Part shown: positions 60,344 to 64,000 of the stretch, in pieces | Numbering within the stretch: position 1 is the stretch's first letter | Layout of the letters: every line of letters starts with the position of its first letter | Source of the DNA: Candidatus Spongiisociaceae bacterium | Lineage (GTDB): Bacteria > Actinomycetota > Acidimicrobiia > Spongiisociales > Spongiisociaceae | Direction: 5' to 3' | DNA: 64,000 bases | NCBI GenBank assembly: GCA_965202665.1 | Contig: OZ241841.1 | Coordinates: 1,952,001 to 2,016,000 of the forward strand | Notes under the pieces: model-generated | What the model was told of the DNA's origin: nothing | Database searches by the model: none | What the model saw: the letters and a program-made list of their open reading frames with translations, nothing else | Translations under genes and position numbers: made by a program

Positions 60344-60378
60344 TTACCACGATACGGAACAGTTCCGCATTGCGGTAC
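60344..60378. promoter_or_regulatory. Candidate operator(s) between divergent fhs and proV
   Basis: Near-palindrome ATACGGAAC-A-GTTCCGCAT overlapping GTTCCGCA-T-TGCGGTAC. Confidence 0.45.
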
Positions 60379-60495
60379 GGGCGGGTTTCCCGCCCGCAAA
60401 CGCCTGCAAAAATAAAACCGGGATACTAGGGTGTAGCCAACTGGGCGGTTAGGATGGGCAAGGGGGGCGAACATGCCGCGGGAGAGAGGAGCGGA

Positions 60496-61722
60496 GTGTC
60501 TGAATCTAACGGGGACGCTATCGTCCGCTTGGAGAACGTATATAAGATTTTCGGGCCGCAACCGCACGGTCGGGCTTTTGACCTGACGCGGTCCGGAGTC
60601 GGCAAAGACGAGGTGTTGCGGCAGTCGGGGCATGTGGTGGGCCTCAACGATGTAAACTTTTCAGTTCACCAAGGGGAGATTTTCGTGGTGATGGGTTTGT
60701 CTGGATCGGGCAAATCCACCGCCATCCGCACCGTCAACAAGTTGTTCCACACCACCTACGGACATGTGTGGGTGGACGGAACCGATGTGCAGACTTTGGA
60801 CGGCAAAACCTTGCAATCGTTTCGCCGGGAGAAGATGGGGATGGTGTTTCAGCATTTCGCCCTCTTCCCGCATCGGACGGTCATCTACAACGTGGGCTAC
60901 GGGCTGAAAGTGCAGAAGGTGGACAAAAGGGACCGGGATGCGGCTTCTATGAAAGCGCTGTCCCTGGTGGGGTTGGAGCCCTACGCCGACAACCTGCCCC
61001 GGGAACTGTCGGGGGGCATGCAGCAACGGGTGGGCTTGGCCCGGGCGCTGGCCTCCGACCCTGACATTTTGCTGATGGACGAAGCCTTCTCCGCGTTGGA
61101 TCCGCTTATCCGCCGCCAGATGCAGGACGAGATGATGGAAATCCAGAACGAGTTGCACAAGACCATTCTGTTTATCACCCACGATCTGAACGAGGCCCTG
61201 CGCATCGGGGATCGGGTGTGCATCATGAAAGACGGAGCGGTGGTGCAAATCGGCACCCCCGAGGAAATACTGACCGAACCCGCCACCGGTTACGTGGCCG
61301 AGTTCGTCCAAGATGTGGACCAGGGGCGGGTAATCGAAGTGCGGGAGGTAATGACCCGGCCCGATCCGTTGCAGGCCGGAATGACCCTGACGGAGGCGGT
61401 GTCCCACATCGGGGACCGCACCGGGGCCTTCGTGGTGGATGGGGACGGCCGTCCCGCCAGCCTGCTCACCCTGTCCGACGCGTTGCGGGCCGCCGGGACG
61501 GGATCCTCCGACATGAGCGCCGCCCTGCGCCAGGACTTCGACCAGACCGACGTCCACACCTGCCTGAACTCGGTGTACGCCGCCGCCGGACGGGGGTTGC
61601 CGATAGCGGTGGTGGACGAGTCGGGGGTGTTGGTGGGCAACCTGGATCCCCGGTTGATCATGGAGGAGATGGGACGGGTGGAGCAACTAATCGACGGCTT
61701 TGAACGGGAGACGTTCCTATGA
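60496..61722 (+). CDS. proV: Glycine betaine/proline ABC transporter ATPase with CBS domains
   Basis: MGLSGSGKST, LSGGMQQRVGLARAL, LMDEAFSALDPLIR. Confidence 0.93.
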   Translation: MSESNGDAIVRLENVYKIFGPQPHGRAFDLTRSGVGKDEVLRQSGHVVGLNDVNFSVHQGEIFVVMGLSGSGKSTAIRTVNKLFHTTYGHVWVDGTDVQTLDGKTLQSFRREKMGMVFQHFALFPHRTVIYNVGYGLKVQKVDKRDRDAASMKALSLVGLEPYADNLPRELSGGMQQRVGLARALASDPDILLMDEAFSALDPLIRRQMQDEMMEIQNELHKTILFITHDLNEALRIGDRVCIMKDGAVVQIGTPEEILTEPATGYVAEFVQDVDQGRVIEVREVMTRPDPLQAGMTLTEAVSHIGDRTGAFVVDGDGRPASLLTLSDALRAAGTGSSDMSAALRQDFDQTDVHTCLNSVYAAAGRGLPIAVVDESGVLVGNLDPRLIMEEMGRVEQLIDGFERETFL

Positions 61723-63896
61723 GTTGGATAACCAGGTTCGCCAATTTGCTGGCCCAGGCCGGCGGCGCCGAAGGAGTTGAAGGGGGGGTGGGAATTCGGG
61801 ACAACAAATTGTTGGACGAGTGGCGCATACCTTTTGGCGACTGGGCCGAACAAGCGGTTTTCTGGATGGACAACAACCTGCAGACCCTGCTGGATATCGC
61901 CAACTGGCCTTTTGAAAGGATGATCAGCTTCCTGGTGCGGGACATTCTCAGCAACGTGTCCTGGGTGTGGGTGGTGCTGGTGATGATGATCGTCGCCACC
62001 CTGGTGCGCAACATCAAAGTGGGGGTGTTCGTGGGGGTGTCCCTTTTCATATGCGGAATCTTGGGAGACATTTATTGGCTGGAGACGGCCCGCACTATCG
62101 GGTTCGTAGGGGTGGCGGTGGTGTTGTGCGTGATCGTGGGGATACCGATCGGCATCGCCTGCGGCCGGTTTGACGGCATCTGGAAGGTGGTGCGGCCGGT
62201 TTTGGACGCCATGCAGGTTATCCACTCCTTCGTCTATATGTTGCCGTTTATTTTCTTCTGGGGAATCGGCGAGGTGTCGGCCACGATGGTAACCATGGTG
62301 TTCGCCCTCCCTCCGCTAATCCGCCTCACCAATCTGGGAATCCGCCAAGTGCCCGCCGATGTGGTGGAAGCCTCCCGGGCCTACGGGGCTTCGGAACGGA
62401 GGGTGTTGTTCGATGTTCAGATTCCGCTGGCCCGGCCCGCCATTATGACCGGCATCAACCAAACCTTGTTGCTGTCCATTTCCATGTTGGGAATCGCCGC
62501 CATTATGGGGGCGGGGGGTTTGGGGCGCCTGCTGTTCCAAGCCATCAACAACCAGGACGTATCCCAAGCGGCCGCCGCCGGGTTGGCTTTCTTTTTGGTG
62601 GCGGTGGTGCTGGACCGGATGTCCCAGCGGGAGGAAACCGATTCCGCCAACCTGTTCCGCCGCATCCGCCTGGCTTGGGCGCACCGTCGCGACCCGGAGG
62701 TCCTGCTGGAGAATCAAGAGGCCTCCGCAGTGGTCAAGTTCAAGGAAACCCACCGCTACGCTCCGGTGACGGCCGCCGAGCGCCTGCCGATGGTGCTGGC
62801 CGTGGCGGGCGGCGCCTTGGCTTTGTTGTCGGTGTTTCTGCCTTGGACCGCCGATGCGGGCAAGATGAGCGCTTACGGACGATGGGCGGATCTTTCCACG
62901 GAAGGCGAGATGGCGGGGATGGTGTTCAGCGGTTTGCATTCCTCCGGAGGCAGCTGGTTCGGCATTTCCATTCTGTTTTTCAGCATTTTCGCCATTTTGG
63001 CGGTGATCGTAGGCTGGGCCCGTCCGGGGCGCGGTCCCCGCTGGCTGGCGGCGGATGGAGCGGTGATCGCCTCCTTGGGGATTTTGATTCTGGCCGTCGC
63101 TCATTTGCTGGCCCGGCCCGCCTCCGCGTCCATTCCCAACGCTCTGCATCCCGGTACCGGACTGGGGGTGGTTTTGGCGTTGGCGGGGGGCTTGGCGGCG
63201 GTCGCCGGGTCCATTTGGTGGATGTGGTTAGCCGATCACACCCCGTTGCACCCGCTCCGCTCCGAGGTGGCTTGGGGCAGGTTGATCGGGGCGGGGGTGG
63301 CTATTTTGGTTTTGGTAATAGGAATGTTTTCCGGTTGGAGTTTCGACGAACGGGAACGGGAAATCATCACTCCGGAATTGCAGGCGCAGATCGATCAACT
63401 GATGTGGGAGGCGGAGCAACCGGGGGCCGACTTGGGGGCGATCGCCACTGAGTTGCTGGTGTTGCGGGCGAAGGCCATCCGTTCGGAGCGATTGGTAACG
63501 GACGGGTTGAGCAGCCAAGGACCGGGTTTGGGCCTGTGGGGGCTGATCGTCGGGGCGCTGGGGTTTTTGGCCAGTCTGTTCGCCATCGGCCTATTCGGTT
63601 CCGATGAACGAAGACTCTGGCATTGGAGCACGATTACGGCCGGGTTGGGGATGGGAGCCGCTTTGATCGGATTCGCCTGGGTTTTCACCCATGTCCGGTC
63701 GGCCGACCCCAACTATCTGACCGGAATCGGGGCCTTTTTAACCATGGCCGGCGGAATGTTCCTGGTGGCTTCCAACATGTCGGTGCTGAAAGAGTTCCGA
63801 CGAGCCAAGGTGTACGACGATCCTCAAGTTGAATCAGGGCCGGACGGCCAAGCGGCGGAGCAGACCGCAGAGGAGCGGGCGGAGGCCCTGGTTTGA
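61719..63896 (+). CDS. proW: ProW-type permease with a long extra C-terminal membrane region
   Basis: RPVLDAMQ, PPLIRLTNLGIRQV, EASRAYGA, GINQT, GAGGLG; about 400 additional hydrophobic residues. Confidence 0.88.
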   Translation: MSWITRFANLLAQAGGAEGVEGGVGIRDNKLLDEWRIPFGDWAEQAVFWMDNNLQTLLDIANWPFERMISFLVRDILSNVSWVWVVLVMMIVATLVRNIKVGVFVGVSLFICGILGDIYWLETARTIGFVGVAVVLCVIVGIPIGIACGRFDGIWKVVRPVLDAMQVIHSFVYMLPFIFFWGIGEVSATMVTMVFALPPLIRLTNLGIRQVPADVVEASRAYGASERRVLFDVQIPLARPAIMTGINQTLLLSISMLGIAAIMGAGGLGRLLFQAINNQDVSQAAAAGLAFFLVAVVLDRMSQREETDSANLFRRIRLAWAHRRDPEVLLENQEASAVVKFKETHRYAPVTAAERLPMVLAVAGGALALLSVFLPWTADAGKMSAYGRWADLSTEGEMAGMVFSGLHSSGGSWFGISILFFSIFAILAVIVGWARPGRGPRWLAADGAVIASLGILILAVAHLLARPASASIPNALHPGTGLGVVLALAGGLAAVAGSIWWMWLADHTPLHPLRSEVAWGRLIGAGVAILVLVIGMFSGWSFDEREREIITPELQAQIDQLMWEAEQPGADLGAIATELLVLRAKAIRSERLVTDGLSSQGPGLGLWGLIVGALGFLASLFAIGLFGSDERRLWHWSTITAGLGMGAALIGFAWVFTHVRSADPNYLTGIGAFLTMAGGMFLVASNMSVLKEFRRAKVYDDPQVESGPDGQAAEQTAEERAEALV

Positions 63897-64000
63897 TCCC
63901 CCCGCCCCGCCGGGCTGAGCTACCGGGCGGCGAGCGGGACCGGGTTGCAGTTCGGCTGGAGGGCATTTCCAAACGGTTTCCGGGCGTGGTGGCTAACGAC

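Noticed and set aside
60301-60633. Long N-terminal extension of fhs in the ORF track
   Set aside because: It overlaps proV and the shared promoter region; homology begins at ATG 60300.

Overview
High-GC actinobacterial chromosomal window. Gene content (Ssd/Tad cluster, MFS-tmk-holB, panC-coaX-lysS-clpC, SLH proteins) fits an Acidimicrobiia-like, possibly marine or host-associated organism; that placement is inference. Most of it is housekeeping: Tad/Flp pilus, Zur-Azt zinc uptake, topA, tmk, holB, tRNA-Thr, SigH/RsrA, CoA synthesis, lysS, clpC, ppc. It also holds SLH surface proteins, betaine-type ABC transport and a C1 cluster (DmdA-like demethylase, selenocysteine formate dehydrogenase, Fhs). 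The most striking unexplained signal is at two unrelated NYN-domain RNase genes (31977-32597 and 46163-46900). Each has duplicated self-contained small-RNA cassettes: a near-consensus TTGACA/TANNNT promoter, a 65-85 nt ORF-free transcript with a 9-nt-loop hairpin, and an intrinsic terminator. One cassette copy has outlived its decayed NYN gene. This suggests an NYN-RNase/small-RNA module resembling a type III toxin-antitoxin. Other points: a third candidate structured sRNA, several genes that appear to start at non-canonical codons overlapping the upstream stop, pervasive leaderless genes, fused substrate-binding proteins and two single-base frameshifts. All calls come from reading the sequence by eye; no database search was run.
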